64,000 bases of DNA from Candidatus Thorarchaeota archaeon (GCA_030612005.1 JAUWOU010000002.1:915-64914), one strand, 5' to 3'; positions 19,038 to 29,092 are shown, counted from the stretch's first letter. Notes: a model not told the origin generated them from the sequence alone. A program made the numbers and translations.

Positions 19038-20337
19038 CTAGATACTTTTTCAAATCGACTTCTGGGAACTTTGCTTTGTCAAAACTCTTACCCTTGGTAT
19101 CCAATGTTTTAGTGCAATCAAAACCACACTTGGTAGTCATTTTTGTACCAGGTTCCGCACTGGGATCTAACGAGCTACCTGGTTCTTGGTCCTTGATTAA
19201 GAGATCAACATCGGCCTGAAATCGAGTGGCCATTGCCCATTCTCTCTCTTCATCAGAGTAGATGTCGATATCGTCATCATATACCCAGATGTGTTTAGCA
19301 CTTTTATGACCTGAAAAAGCTCCTTCAAGGGCTTGGATTCCATCATCATCATTCTTTTTCTTGATTTTTATTGCTACATGAAGCCAACTGGCTCCACCAG
19401 GAGTAATGTTGACATCTAAGACTTCAATGCCTCTTTCCTTGATTTTCCTGAAAACAGTTGGTTCTCTTGGCATCCCCATCAGAATTTTGTGCTCATCCCT
19501 TCCTGGTAAGAGACCCTGCCATATTGCAGTCTTTCTGTGGGTAATCTTCTTCACTTCGAAGATTGGTTCTTGACGAATCACATCAACGGTTTCCGTTAAG
19601 TCAATGAATGGTCCTTCATCGTGCTTATCCCCCAGAATAATTCTTCCTTCAAGAACAAATTCAGAATCTGCTGGAATCATCAGATCAACAGTCTTAGCTC
19701 GTGTAACAGAAATTTTTCGAAGCGCATTTGCTATCTCTAATTCATTTATCCCAGTTTCTACCGATGTTGCCGCAGCAATCAATACTTCTGGAGTGTTTCC
19801 AATACAGAAAGCAACATCAACTTCTCCATTTCGTTCCAAGAATTTATGGAAATCTCTCCCTTTGACAACTCTTACTACCATTTTGTTTTTGCTTATCTGC
19901 ATGGCTCTGTGAAAATCAAGATTTTGACCAAATTCAGGATCTGCTGCTACTACAACTCCGGATGAGATATAGGGTCCTCCATCGACCTTGTTATGTATTA
20001 GAATTGGCAACTTGTCAAGATCTACTTGGTTTTCAATCACTTCTTGACATGGGACTTTGTCAGTCTGATCTGGTTCACTTCGTTTTTCTATTGCTCTTGT
20101 AAGAGTTGGAATTATCTCTTCTGTGGTTATCCCAAAATAGTCCGCAATCTGCCTCTTATTGCAGAACAAGTTACCTGTAACTCGAAATTCACTTTCCTTA
20201 ACATTCTCAAAAAATACAGGCTGTGGTTCGAGGCTCTTCAATACACCAGCAATCTCAAGACTCTTTGAGATTCTTTCAGTGATAGTAGTAATCTTTCCAT
20301 TCTGTTGTAAATCTTTGATATATTCCTCAAGTATCAT
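19030..20337 (-). CDS. UbiD-family decarboxylase, candidate trans-anhydromevalonate-5-phosphate decarboxylase
   Basis: N-terminal PVFFENVKESEFRVTGNLF matches the UbiD family block (LFENVKGSDFPVVGNLF). Overlaps the AcnX gene by 8 nt and lies immediately downstream of mvk. Confidence 0.7.
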   Translation of the reverse strand: MILEEYIKDLQQNGKITTITERISKSLEIAGVLKSLEPQPVFFENVKESEFRVTGNLFCNKRQIADYFGITTEEIIPTLTRAIEKRSEPDQTDKVPCQEVIENQVDLDKLPILIHNKVDGGPYISSGVVVAADPEFGQNLDFHRAMQISKNKMVVRVVKGRDFHKFLERNGEVDVAFCIGNTPEVLIAAATSVETGINELEIANALRKISVTRAKTVDLMIPADSEFVLEGRIILGDKHDEGPFIDLTETVDVIRQEPIFEVKKITHRKTAIWQGLLPGRDEHKILMGMPREPTVFRKIKERGIEVLDVNITPGGASWLHVAIKIKKKNDDDGIQALEGAFSGHKSAKHIWVYDDDIDIYSDEEREWAMATRFQADVDLLIKDQEPGSSLDPSAEPGTKMTTKCGFDCTKTLDTKGKSFDKAKFPEVDLKKYLGE

Positions 20338-20346
20338 GAAACCACC

Positions 20347-21300
20347 TCAAAGTCCGAATGATGTTAACCATACACCAGCAGCTCTTGCTTTTTCAAGAGC
20401 TTCTGCTATTTGTTTGGCTGTAGCCTCATTAGGTGCAAGAGCAATCATATTCCCCCCGCGGCCGGTTCCTGTCATTTTCGCACCTATTGCACCATTCTCA
20501 CGTGCCACTATTACCAAATTATCTAATTCTTCACATGAAACAGTTAATTCTTGAAGCAACTCGTGATTCTTATTCATTAATTTGCCAACTTTTGGTAAGT
20601 CGAATTGAATCAGTGCATCTTTTCCCTCGTGAACAACTTGGTTGTATTTTTCAGAGATTGAATCAAACCATTTTGGGTCGGCTTCTTTTCTTATTTTCAC
20701 AGCTCCCACAACCACCGTAGTACTTGCAGTAATACCAGTTGAGGCAATTACAAGGTGTACAGCTTTTTTGAGTTTCAATCTCTCGAATTTTGGAGGTCCA
20801 CCACTTAAATCCCGTTCAAACCAGACTAATCCTCCATATGTTGATACAGTATTATCTAGTCCAGAAGGAGTTCCATGATACCCTTTCTCTCCTTCATAGG
20901 CGGCTTCATTGACTTGTTCATCATTAAGCCCAAGTTTGAACTCATCATTCAGAGATCTTACAATTGCCACACAACTGGCTGCACTTGCCCCTATTCCTGA
21001 GGCACAGACAAGGTCCCCCTCAAGATCAATCTGAAATCCCATTCTTGTTGTATCGATATTGAGATGTTTCAGTATATTCTCCAGTGAGGTTTTCTGCTCT
21101 TCATACTTTTTCTCTTTGTAACCTGGCATTGCAGGTCGATTGTCAACCAGAGTATGTCCAAAGGAGCGTACCCGTGTTAATTTTGCAGTTGTTACAGATG
21201 ATATTCCTGCTGCTATAGCTGGAAATCCATAGACTACAAAGTGTTCTCCAAACAGAATAGCTTTACCTTTGCCTGAACCGGTCCCCATGATTTCTCTCAC
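20347..21300 (-). CDS. mvk: Mevalonate kinase (GHMP kinase family)
   Basis: GKAILFGEHFVVYG matches the MVK N-terminal motif. GHMP ATP motif ASGIGASAAS is present. Confidence 0.8.
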   Translation of the reverse strand: MREIMGTGSGKGKAILFGEHFVVYGFPAIAAGISSVTTAKLTRVRSFGHTLVDNRPAMPGYKEKKYEEQKTSLENILKHLNIDTTRMGFQIDLEGDLVCASGIGASAASCVAIVRSLNDEFKLGLNDEQVNEAAYEGEKGYHGTPSGLDNTVSTYGGLVWFERDLSGGPPKFERLKLKKAVHLVIASTGITASTTVVVGAVKIRKEADPKWFDSISEKYNQVVHEGKDALIQFDLPKVGKLMNKNHELLQELTVSCEELDNLVIVARENGAIGAKMTGTGRGGNMIALAPNEATAKQIAEALEKARAAGVWLTSFGL

Positions 21301-21429
21301 TCACCATCTTGGCTTGTGAAAGCGCTGTAGATAATCGGTACTTTTGAACTCTTCCGTCAACATTAATGCAATTCTTTGTGAACACAAGATTATTGTTGGA
21401 TTCGGATAAGAAATGAACCTCTGGAGTAC

Positions 21430-22401
21430 TTGTCTGTGAAAATACTTGATTTGTTCTGTGGTGCTGGTGGATTCTTTCATGGATTCTCCGCTCTTTCAGA
21501 TGACACTCATCTTGCTATTGATATAGATAAACCCGCAATTGAAACTTACAGACTCAACCATCCTAATGCCACAATATTACAGACGGATATCAATAGTCTC
21601 CACTCTTTACAAATAGAAGAAGAACTGGGTGGCACTCCTGACATTATCATTGCTTCTCCACCTTGTGAAGAATTCAGTAAAGCAAATCCTGAAAGTCGAA
21701 GGTCTGCAGCAGATAGGATTTACGGCGAAGGAACTGCAAAATTATTACTAGATACAATTCGGATAATAGGGGACTTTGCTCCAAAAGCATTCGTCATCGA
21801 GAATGTTGCAGCACTTCTTCTAAGTGGAGGAAAGGAAATCATCAAGCGGGAGTTTGAACGTGTTGGTTTTGACAGTGTCGAGTTTAATCTGATTAGGGCA
21901 CATCAACATGGAAATCCGTCAAAACGATTACGAGTCTTCATCAGTAATATCCGAATGAAACCACCACGAAAATACCCACCTACAGTTATGGAAACAATAG
22001 GAGATCTTCCATCACTTGATATCAACGCGATTTTCAATCCCGGAGAGATGTTTCCTAATCATGAAATCTATCACTTGGCTGATGATAAGATGAAGTCCGT
22101 GCGAAAGACCCGTTGGGGTCAAGGGGCCAAACATTACCGTGTATCAAAGAAACGGAGTCTTCCTAACTGGGTTCGCTTATTCCCCGATCGACTTGCCACT
22201 TCAATTAACGGTCTCTCACGTTATGTACATCCGTATGAACATAGGCTGTTATCGGTAAGAGAACATGCAAGACTTATGAGCTATCCTGATTCGTTTGTTT
22301 TCGTTGGATCAAAAGACAGCCAATACAATCAAGTGGGTGAGAGTGTTCCTCCACTAGTATCCAATCTAATTGCACAGGAGGTTCGTGCACATATTGAATG
22401 A
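21430..22401 (+). CDS. DNA (cytosine-5)-methyltransferase
   Basis: Motif I ILDLFCGAGGF, motif IV SPPCEEFS (PC), motif VI FVIENVAALL (ENV). Confidence 0.8.
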   Translation: MSVKILDLFCGAGGFFHGFSALSDDTHLAIDIDKPAIETYRLNHPNATILQTDINSLHSLQIEEELGGTPDIIIASPPCEEFSKANPESRRSAADRIYGEGTAKLLLDTIRIIGDFAPKAFVIENVAALLLSGGKEIIKREFERVGFDSVEFNLIRAHQHGNPSKRLRVFISNIRMKPPRKYPPTVMETIGDLPSLDINAIFNPGEMFPNHEIYHLADDKMKSVRKTRWGQGAKHYRVSKKRSLPNWVRLFPDRLATSINGLSRYVHPYEHRLLSVREHARLMSYPDSFVFVGSKDSQYNQVGESVPPLVSNLIAQEVRAHIE

Positions 22402-22870
22402 ATCCCTAAAAAACGTCTATGTGGTTCTCCACAATGTTCACTCTGCATCAAAAACGATTGAAACTGCCCAGGTTGTTTATGGACTTGGCTTTCCAAATTT
22501 TGTTGTATCAAAAGCTGAAGGGTCATCAGCACAGTCTGGTGTTCCTGATGCAAATCGTCTTGCGATTAGGATGAAGCATAACTTCATGGTTCTACCAGAT
22601 TTGAAAGATGTTCTAGAGGTCCTTAAAATTGACTACTCTTTGTTAGTTACTTCTCCTAAGCTTGTAAAAGAACATGTAGATCTAAATCAATTATCTGAAC
22701 GATGTCAGTCTGGAGATAGAATTGCCATTATTCTCTCAGGAAGTAACAGCTCTTTCTCTAGGAAAGAAATGGATTTGGGTGATTGTCGAAGTCTCGAAGC
22801 TCATGTAGATATTGGTCCTGCAGGTTCTGCTGCAATCATTATCTATTCATTATCAACGAAGAAGGAGTAA
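22370..22870 (+). CDS. Hypothetical protein (166 aa) overlapping the methyltransferase stop by 32 nt. Possible Rossmann/SPOUT-like fold.
   Basis: Alternating hydrophobic beta-strand/Gly pattern (VVLHNVHS, AIILSGSNS, IGPAGSAAIIIY). No firm family assignment. Confidence 0.35.
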   Translation: MHRRFVHILNESLKNVYVVLHNVHSASKTIETAQVVYGLGFPNFVVSKAEGSSAQSGVPDANRLAIRMKHNFMVLPDLKDVLEVLKIDYSLLVTSPKLVKEHVDLNQLSERCQSGDRIAIILSGSNSSFSRKEMDLGDCRSLEAHVDIGPAGSAAIIIYSLSTKKE

Positions 22871-22947
22871 TGGTGTGCCGGACGAGATTTGAACTCGCGA
22901 TCCCTTGGATCCGAACCAAGAATCATACCAATCTAGACCACCGACCC
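22871..22947 (-). tRNA. tRNA-Pro (anticodon CGG) with encoded CCA. One acceptor-stem mismatch (G2.A71).
   Basis: Reverse-complement sequence: GGGTCGG TG GTCT AGATTGGTA TGAT T CTTGG TTCGGAT CCAAG GGATC GCGAG TTCAAAT CTCGT CCGGCAC A CCA. U8, A14, G18G19, U33, A37 and the T-loop TTCAAAT are present. Confidence 0.75.
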
Positions 22948-22957
22948 AATCATTAAG

Positions 22958-23848
22958 TCACTCGCGCTCTAGTTTGGATTTAATCATTTCGTTAAAACGT
23001 TCTCTCATCCATCCAATTGTGCCAAGGTATAATCCATCAGTACTGTAAATTTCTGATTCAAGTATGTCGACACACGAGTTTTCAAAGAGCGGACCTTGAA
23101 ACTCTGAACTAGGTGAATTCACTGCAATTCCCGAAATAAGCTGATTGAAGCTAGGTAGAGTAGTAAGTGTAGCACTATCATCATCTGGAATCTCTAACAT
23201 TCCAAGATGCTGCCGAATACAATTCTTGCTCAGCTTAGAGTTTATCACTACTGGGACAGAGCCCGCATACCTCCTTCTATCACGGCCAATTTCTGGTTTT
23301 GATACAGTTCGAAATCTACTGACTGATGGATGACTATGACCTGCAATGAATCGTGATGCATCAAGTAGTTCTGGAGCTGGCCAAGAATGACCATGCATGA
23401 GACCTATCCTATCTTCATCCATTCCTATCACAATTCCATGAACATCAGCTAGCTCGACATTACGTGGAAGTAAGGATTCTAGATTTCCATCGTGATTTCC
23501 TGGTATAATCATGGTTTCCACAATTTCTGCAAGAGTCTCCATAAATTCAGGGATAATATCCCAATTATATGGAATATCGGTCAAAATACTATGTTTAACA
23601 TCCCCGATAATATACAATGAAGATAGATTGTACTTTTTAACAAGTGATTTGATTCGCTCAATGATATTAGTATCCTGTAATGGAAAATGAATACCTCTCT
23701 CTTCTGAGATCTCTTCCTCTATACCCAGATGAAGATCTGAAATTATCAGCACTGATAGACTATCACTATGAATAATCAAGCCCCTGTCTTCAAACACTAT
23801 CTCCATCGCTAAATTCTGTTCGAAGGTACAACATTTTAACTTCGTCAT
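22958..23848 (-). CDS. Calcineurin-like metallophosphoesterase (Mre11/SbcD-like fold)
   Basis: LIISDLHLGIEEE (D-x-H), GDVKHS and PGNHDG metallophosphatase motifs. Confidence 0.65.
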   Translation of the reverse strand: MTKLKCCTFEQNLAMEIVFEDRGLIIHSDSLSVLIISDLHLGIEEEISEERGIHFPLQDTNIIERIKSLVKKYNLSSLYIIGDVKHSILTDIPYNWDIIPEFMETLAEIVETMIIPGNHDGNLESLLPRNVELADVHGIVIGMDEDRIGLMHGHSWPAPELLDASRFIAGHSHPSVSRFRTVSKPEIGRDRRRYAGSVPVVINSKLSKNCIRQHLGMLEIPDDDSATLTTLPSFNQLISGIAVNSPSSEFQGPLFENSCVDILESEIYSTDGLYLGTIGWMRERFNEMIKSKLERE

Positions 23849-23860
23849 GCTAGAGATTGC

Positions 23861-24256
23861 ATGAGGAATATGGCCCTTTCACTAATAGAGGAGAAGAAAC
23901 TCTCAAGAGAGAATCTCACTCAGAACGATATTGACTACTTCCGTAACAAGTATGGAAAGAAGTTCATTAGAGCTCTTCGCGTTGTTGAAGAGAATAAAGT
24001 GGAAAAGTACCTGTTTGAACCCAGTGGCACTATAACATGGATTGTGAAAGGACGTGCTCGTCAATATTTGGTGATTCCCAAGGTCTACTGTACTTGTCGG
24101 AGTTTCTACCAAGAAGTTGTAATCTCTCGGGAAAGCAACATGTGTTATCATTTACTCGCTCAACAGATTGCCGAACTCCGTGACCAATACGAACTCGTAG
24201 ATTCTACTGATACCAAGAGAAGAAAGCTGTATGTGGACTGGCGTAGGACTGATTGA
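23861..24256 (+). CDS. Small protein with a SWIM-type zinc-finger motif
   Basis: YCTCRSFYQEVVISRESNMCYHLLA matches C-x-C-x(n)-C-x-H. Confidence 0.4.
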   Translation: MRNMALSLIEEKKLSRENLTQNDIDYFRNKYGKKFIRALRVVEENKVEKYLFEPSGTITWIVKGRARQYLVIPKVYCTCRSFYQEVVISRESNMCYHLLAQQIAELRDQYELVDSTDTKRRKLYVDWRRTD

Positions 24257-25431
24257 TTATTAATCCAACATTGAATCTGAAGATAACTTTAAAACACGGT
24301 CCCAAGTTTGGCACGCTGATTGCGCAAAGAGGTCGGATACGTCCCATGAATCAGTTCAAAAAGATTCCCAGAGTACTTGCAACAATATTGGCTTTGATGC
24401 TTCTTCTATCAAGTTTCCAAGCTACAGTTCCAGCTCAAGCTGATTTTGACCCAGTTGTAGTGCTATTTGATGCAAGCCACTCACCACAATTTGATGCTGC
24501 TGATGCAGACTTGGGTTTAAAATTGATGTTTGACATGGTAAACATATCCACCCGTTATATCGTACGTGTGCATGAGGAAGGTCCACTTGATGAGGAAGTC
24601 CTCAATGATGTTGATATTCTGATAATTGCGGGTTCAGACAGTTCTAGTCCATTTAGTAATGAAGAGTATGCAGGAATTGCAGAAATGCTTGCCAATGGAA
24701 GTTCACTATTTCTTCTAGGTGACCCTACAATCTCTGAAGATTCTACTTATTGGCCAGAAGGTCCGATGGAAGATATTGGTGACAATAATGCTTTGAACAT
24801 AATTCTTGATGGAATCAATATGACCGGACCTCGTTTCAGCATCAATGAAACTGAAACAAATTATTGGTCTGATACAATGTTCGACTATGATTACTCAATC
24901 AATGGAAGCACTCCTTGGGTCATTCAACTGGACTCAACTACATGGGATACTACTCACCCAATTTTCAGAAACATCAACGAACTTCTGACAATGACATCCA
25001 CTTTGAAACCAATTGAGCTAGCCAGTGGAATTGGTAATAGTTATGAAAGCTCTTTTGCTCAATATCGAAAGGATGTCAATTCTTGGGCTAATTATTCCAT
25101 GCCTAACACGACTCTCTTCTCTTTGAACCCCCTTTCTTATTCTGCAATGAATGGAACTTTTCCATCATGGCTCTCCGCATTTGAGTATGGTGCAAGTAGA
25201 GTCACTATTGCTGGATCTACAATAATGTTCACTGGAAGACCCATTGATTTGCCAGACACAGAACTCCAGTGGTTCTATGTTGCTGACAATGCAAAATTAT
25301 TCATGAACATCCTAGATTGGCTATCAGTAGATTTTGTTACTGCTCCAAGCGCTATTGATTCAATGCTAATTATCTCTGGTGTAATTTTGATAATTGGTAT
25401 AGCATTCTATCTTTTGAAGAAGCTTAGGTAA
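24253..25431 (+). CDS. Secreted or surface protein with a signal peptide and a C-terminal TM anchor with a KKLR tail
   Basis: N-terminus RVLATILALMLLLSSFQATVPAQA. C-terminus SMLIISGVILIIGIAFYLLKKLR. Confidence 0.45.
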   Translation: MIINPTLNLKITLKHGPKFGTLIAQRGRIRPMNQFKKIPRVLATILALMLLLSSFQATVPAQADFDPVVVLFDASHSPQFDAADADLGLKLMFDMVNISTRYIVRVHEEGPLDEEVLNDVDILIIAGSDSSSPFSNEEYAGIAEMLANGSSLFLLGDPTISEDSTYWPEGPMEDIGDNNALNIILDGINMTGPRFSINETETNYWSDTMFDYDYSINGSTPWVIQLDSTTWDTTHPIFRNINELLTMTSTLKPIELASGIGNSYESSFAQYRKDVNSWANYSMPNTTLFSLNPLSYSAMNGTFPSWLSAFEYGASRVTIAGSTIMFTGRPIDLPDTELQWFYVADNAKLFMNILDWLSVDFVTAPSAIDSMLIISGVILIIGIAFYLLKKLR

Positions 25432-26047
25432 AGGCCCACTGAGGTTTCTCTAAGCCTTCATCATCAAGTATTTCATCAATCAGGTCCTTTAATTCCCTCA
25501 TACCCTGTTTCTTCACAGCAGCCGATAATATGATTGTGGGCTCTCTATCACTTACAGCTTCTCTAAGCTGAAATTTGAGAAAGTCTAATTCATCATCGAT
25601 ATGTCGTTTCTTTACCTTGTCCATCTTGTTTGCTAGCACTATTACACGCGGGGAAATTTCACATAGAAAGGAATAGAACTCTACATCAACTGGTACCTCT
25701 CCACGAGATGACCATCGGTCGAAAAGTATTCTAAATAATGAAATATCAACAATGAACACTGATAACAGGATTCTGCTACTCCAACTTTCCAAACTTTCGA
25801 TAATATGGTTCTTTGTTTCTTCAATAGTTGTCTTACTCTGTCCTGACATAAAACCAAACCCTGGAATATCTACTATAGTTACAGGGTCTAAATCGATCAT
25901 CTGTTCCCATCGAGTACTTCCTGGTCTTTTACCCACTCTTACTTTCTTTCCTGTGAGCACACGAATAGTACTACTCTTCCCTACATTGCTTCTTCCTGCA
26001 AAGACAATCAAGGGCTTGTTATTACCAGTAGGGTCTTGTTCTTTCAT
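25424..26047 (-). CDS. engB: GTP-binding protein EngB (YihA/YsxC family)
   Basis: G1 motif AGRSNVGKSS, DIPGFG (G3) and NKMDK (G4). Confidence 0.8.
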   Translation of the reverse strand: MKEQDPTGNNKPLIVFAGRSNVGKSSTIRVLTGKKVRVGKRPGSTRWEQMIDLDPVTIVDIPGFGFMSGQSKTTIEETKNHIIESLESWSSRILLSVFIVDISLFRILFDRWSSRGEVPVDVEFYSFLCEISPRVIVLANKMDKVKKRHIDDELDFLKFQLREAVSDREPTIILSAAVKKQGMRELKDLIDEILDDEGLEKPQWAFT

Positions 26048-28865
26048 ATTGAAGCTCTCCCTTTGCTATTGCTCGTAGGATTTCAAGTCTTTCCTTTAAA
26101 CTTGGGCTTAGAATACGCGATGCTGTTGTTGCACCAATACCACGTCCAGCTAGTACCAAAAGGGCTGTTTTCCCATATCTTGAAACTAGTTCTGCTGTTA
26201 GTGACGCTGATTTGTATTTCTTTTCTTCCTCTTTCGTCAACAACACTTTTCCCCTAAGTCGTTTGTCAAGAAGTTTTGTGAAGTCTTTGTCTGAGAGTTG
26301 TACGACTGCAATCATTTTCGATTCACAGATTGGACAAGTGACGACTTCGTCTAATGTTTTAATAGTTCTCACAGAGTTCCAATGGTTCTCAGCCATACAT
26401 ATCAGTCTGAATTTCTTTGAAAGAAGTCGTTCTTCCATCATTCGTAACACTTCATCTTCTTCTGTAATCTCACCCATCACTTCAAAACGGGTCTTCTCTT
26501 CAATTATTAGGCGCGCTAAGGGTGATGGTGGTCCTATTGTCTTAGTTTCGTGAATCTCAAGACTTCCATTAGAATACCTATCAAAGACTTTCATAGCTCG
26601 CTTCTCATCCATTTTTTCATCAAGGACCTCTCGCATTGCTTCTTCAAATACAGGAGTTCCCTCAAAGGATTTGATGAGGTATCTAACGGGAATCTGCTTT
26701 GACTTTGCATCCTTTCGTATAATATCCATTCTTCGAGCAACATGAACAAATCTAGATGCGAAGTTCTGTGTCTGCTTGACAGCTAATTTCAGAATATGTG
26801 ACGCTTGTTCACCAGAATAATCTCTAAGGACATCAAGTAAATGATTTGACTCCAAGTTATCACTGGCTGTAAAGAGAATACGATAGGGATCCCTTTCAAC
26901 AGCCACTTCGATACCAAGACGTGTTGTCAAAAGAGAAGCTATCACAATCCCTAATGTTTCATTTGCTCTAGTTCCCAATGGAGAATGAAGAACAATCCCT
27001 GAACCAAACGTTTCCAAGATATACAAATCTGGTGATGGAAGTTCTCCCAAGACATCCCTACTCCGTGTAAGAGTGTCAACAAGATGATTTTTAGCTTCTC
27101 CAGTTATTCCATAGTTCGCCAGCCAAGAATCAATTCTTCTGGTATCTTTTTTGAGAATTGTGTTCCACATTATTGCAACATCTGAAGCCACCTCATATGG
27201 CACTGGAATCATCTCTCCTATCCAGCGCGGTGCATCGGTATTCGTACCTGTTGCGGGTGCACACATCACTTCCCCACTCTCATCATCGACATTGATCACA
27301 TTCCATGGTCTTCCTCTTATTACAAATACTGTGCCTGGTGCGACATTGGCGGCTACATAATCCTCATCGAGGACACCAATTGACGTACGTGTTGTAATAT
27401 CTACTGCACTGACCTGTCGTGTGTCAGGAATCGTGCTTAGACGTTCATAGTAGAACATGCGTGATTTTGAACCTCTAGACACCTGTGAACCATGTAGTTC
27501 TAGAAGATATCTTCCTTCCATAAATTGTAGAAGTGTATCAAGTTCCGCAGCTGTTACCTCTGAAAATGGATATGCTGAAGTCACCAATTCCAACAATGAT
27601 TCTTTCTCTATTGTATCCCAATCGAGAAGCACTCCAGTTATCTGATGACAAAGAACATCCCAAGCTTTCTTTGGTATTCTAGCATTCTCCACCTTGTTCA
27701 GCCTTGCACGTCTTATGATAATTCCAGATTCTGAAATATCATCCAAGTTTATAGTCGAAATCACAATTCCTTTCGATATACGCCCAACACTATGACCAGA
27801 CCTCCCAACTCTTTGGACTAATCTAGAAACCTCTCTGGGAGATGAATATTGAATTACAAGGTCCGCCTGTCCAATATCTATACCTAATTCCAAACTCGAT
27901 GTTGCAATAATTGCTTTTGAAACTCCAGACTTTAAATTATCTTCAGCAGTAAGACGTGCACTTTTGGATAGCGAACCATGATGTACATCAAACGTGTATG
28001 GTGGACTCAAAGCCCTCATTTTTGCGCCAAGGACTTCTGCAAATGAACGTGTATTAGTAAAGACAAGAGTAGATTGATGTTTTTCAATCAAATCCACAAT
28101 CGTTTCAAGCCTTGCCACAGAATGAGGTGGGTATGATAATTTCTTGACTAATTTCTTATGCTGATCATTTGGCGAAGGCATCTCTACTCTAAGATCTACT
28201 TTACGATTGTCATAGCCTGCCCATACAGTCTTGATATTCCTCTTTCCGCCTAGAAGTCGTGCTACTTCTTTTGGATTTCCTACAGTTGCAGATAGTCCTA
28301 CTCGCATTATCCCTGAACCTATTAAATGTTCAAGACGTTCAAGTCCCAGACTAAGTTGAGTCCCTCTCTTACTACCTGCTAGATTATGTACTTCATCTAC
28401 AACTACCGCAAAGACAGTCCTGAGGTGATATCTTAGTCGTTTTCCTGGTAGGATTGCTTGAAGAGTTTCAGGAGTAGTAATCAATAAGTTTGGAGGGTAA
28501 ATAGCCTGTTTTCTTCTAGCATATTGAGTTGTATCACCGTGACGGACATCAGCAGTTAGACCAAGGTGTTCACAGAGTTCTACGATTCTTTTGAACACAT
28601 CACGATTTAATGCCTTCAAGGGAGTGATATAGAGGATATAGAATCCAAACAATTCCTTCTGCTTACTCATCTGTTGTAATTTATTCAATAATGGTAGAAG
28701 TGCAGCTTCAGTTTTACCACTCCCTGTTGGGGCGAGAAGGAGTGAATTATGCGTTCCCTCAAGCAGTAATGGGATTGCTTTCTCCTGAATAGGTGTAGGT
28801 TTTACAATACCTTTTGACTTGAGAAATTGGACTATCTCTTTACTCAGGGGAGTCCGTGCACTCAT
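26022..28865 (-). CDS. lhr: Lhr-like ATP-dependent DEAD/DEAH-box helicase. The ORF extends to 28898, but the start is probably Met12 at 28865, overlapping the upstream stop as TGATG.
   Basis: PTPIQEKAIP...APTGSGKTEAALLP (Walker A), VVVDEVHNL (DEVH), helicase C-terminal motifs, and a C-terminal C4 zinc ribbon (CPICESKM...). About 950 aa. Confidence 0.8.
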   Translation of the reverse strand: MSARTPLSKEIVQFLKSKGIVKPTPIQEKAIPLLLEGTHNSLLLAPTGSGKTEAALLPLLNKLQQMSKQKELFGFYILYITPLKALNRDVFKRIVELCEHLGLTADVRHGDTTQYARRKQAIYPPNLLITTPETLQAILPGKRLRYHLRTVFAVVVDEVHNLAGSKRGTQLSLGLERLEHLIGSGIMRVGLSATVGNPKEVARLLGGKRNIKTVWAGYDNRKVDLRVEMPSPNDQHKKLVKKLSYPPHSVARLETIVDLIEKHQSTLVFTNTRSFAEVLGAKMRALSPPYTFDVHHGSLSKSARLTAEDNLKSGVSKAIIATSSLELGIDIGQADLVIQYSSPREVSRLVQRVGRSGHSVGRISKGIVISTINLDDISESGIIIRRARLNKVENARIPKKAWDVLCHQITGVLLDWDTIEKESLLELVTSAYPFSEVTAAELDTLLQFMEGRYLLELHGSQVSRGSKSRMFYYERLSTIPDTRQVSAVDITTRTSIGVLDEDYVAANVAPGTVFVIRGRPWNVINVDDESGEVMCAPATGTNTDAPRWIGEMIPVPYEVASDVAIMWNTILKKDTRRIDSWLANYGITGEAKNHLVDTLTRSRDVLGELPSPDLYILETFGSGIVLHSPLGTRANETLGIVIASLLTTRLGIEVAVERDPYRILFTASDNLESNHLLDVLRDYSGEQASHILKLAVKQTQNFASRFVHVARRMDIIRKDAKSKQIPVRYLIKSFEGTPVFEEAMREVLDEKMDEKRAMKVFDRYSNGSLEIHETKTIGPPSPLARLIIEEKTRFEVMGEITEEDEVLRMMEERLLSKKFRLICMAENHWNSVRTIKTLDEVVTCPICESKMIAVVQLSDKDFTKLLDKRLRGKVLLTKEEEKKYKSASLTAELVSRYGKTALLVLAGRGIGATTASRILSPSLKERLEILRAIAKGELQYERTRPYW

Positions 28866-29092
28866 CAGTTGCTCTTCCTTCTCTCTAGGTGACGACATTC
28901 ATTGATTAAGATACGGATGTCGGTCCTGAGAGTCACCTCTGCGTCTTCAATCTTCTTCTCTAAAATTTCAATTATAGCATCAAATGATAGAACTTCAGAT
29001 TCCAAATCATCAACTATCGTCTTTACAGTTTCTAAATTAGAAATGTGGGATGCAATATTATCAAAAGCAGCTCGTATATCTGAACTTGTCAT
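28865..29092 (-). CDS. Small coiled-coil protein coupled to the lhr-like gene. The reading frame stays open upstream to an ATG at 29230, which would add a TM helix (MQTLETFTSILFIMLAAMGIIAL...).
   Basis: Charged heptad-like sequence. Its stop overlaps the lhr start. I found no in-frame stop between 29092 and 29230. Confidence 0.35.
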   Translation of the reverse strand: MTSSDIRAAFDNIASHISNLETVKTIVDDLESEVLSFDAIIEILEKKIEDAEVTLRTDIRILINECRHLERRKSN

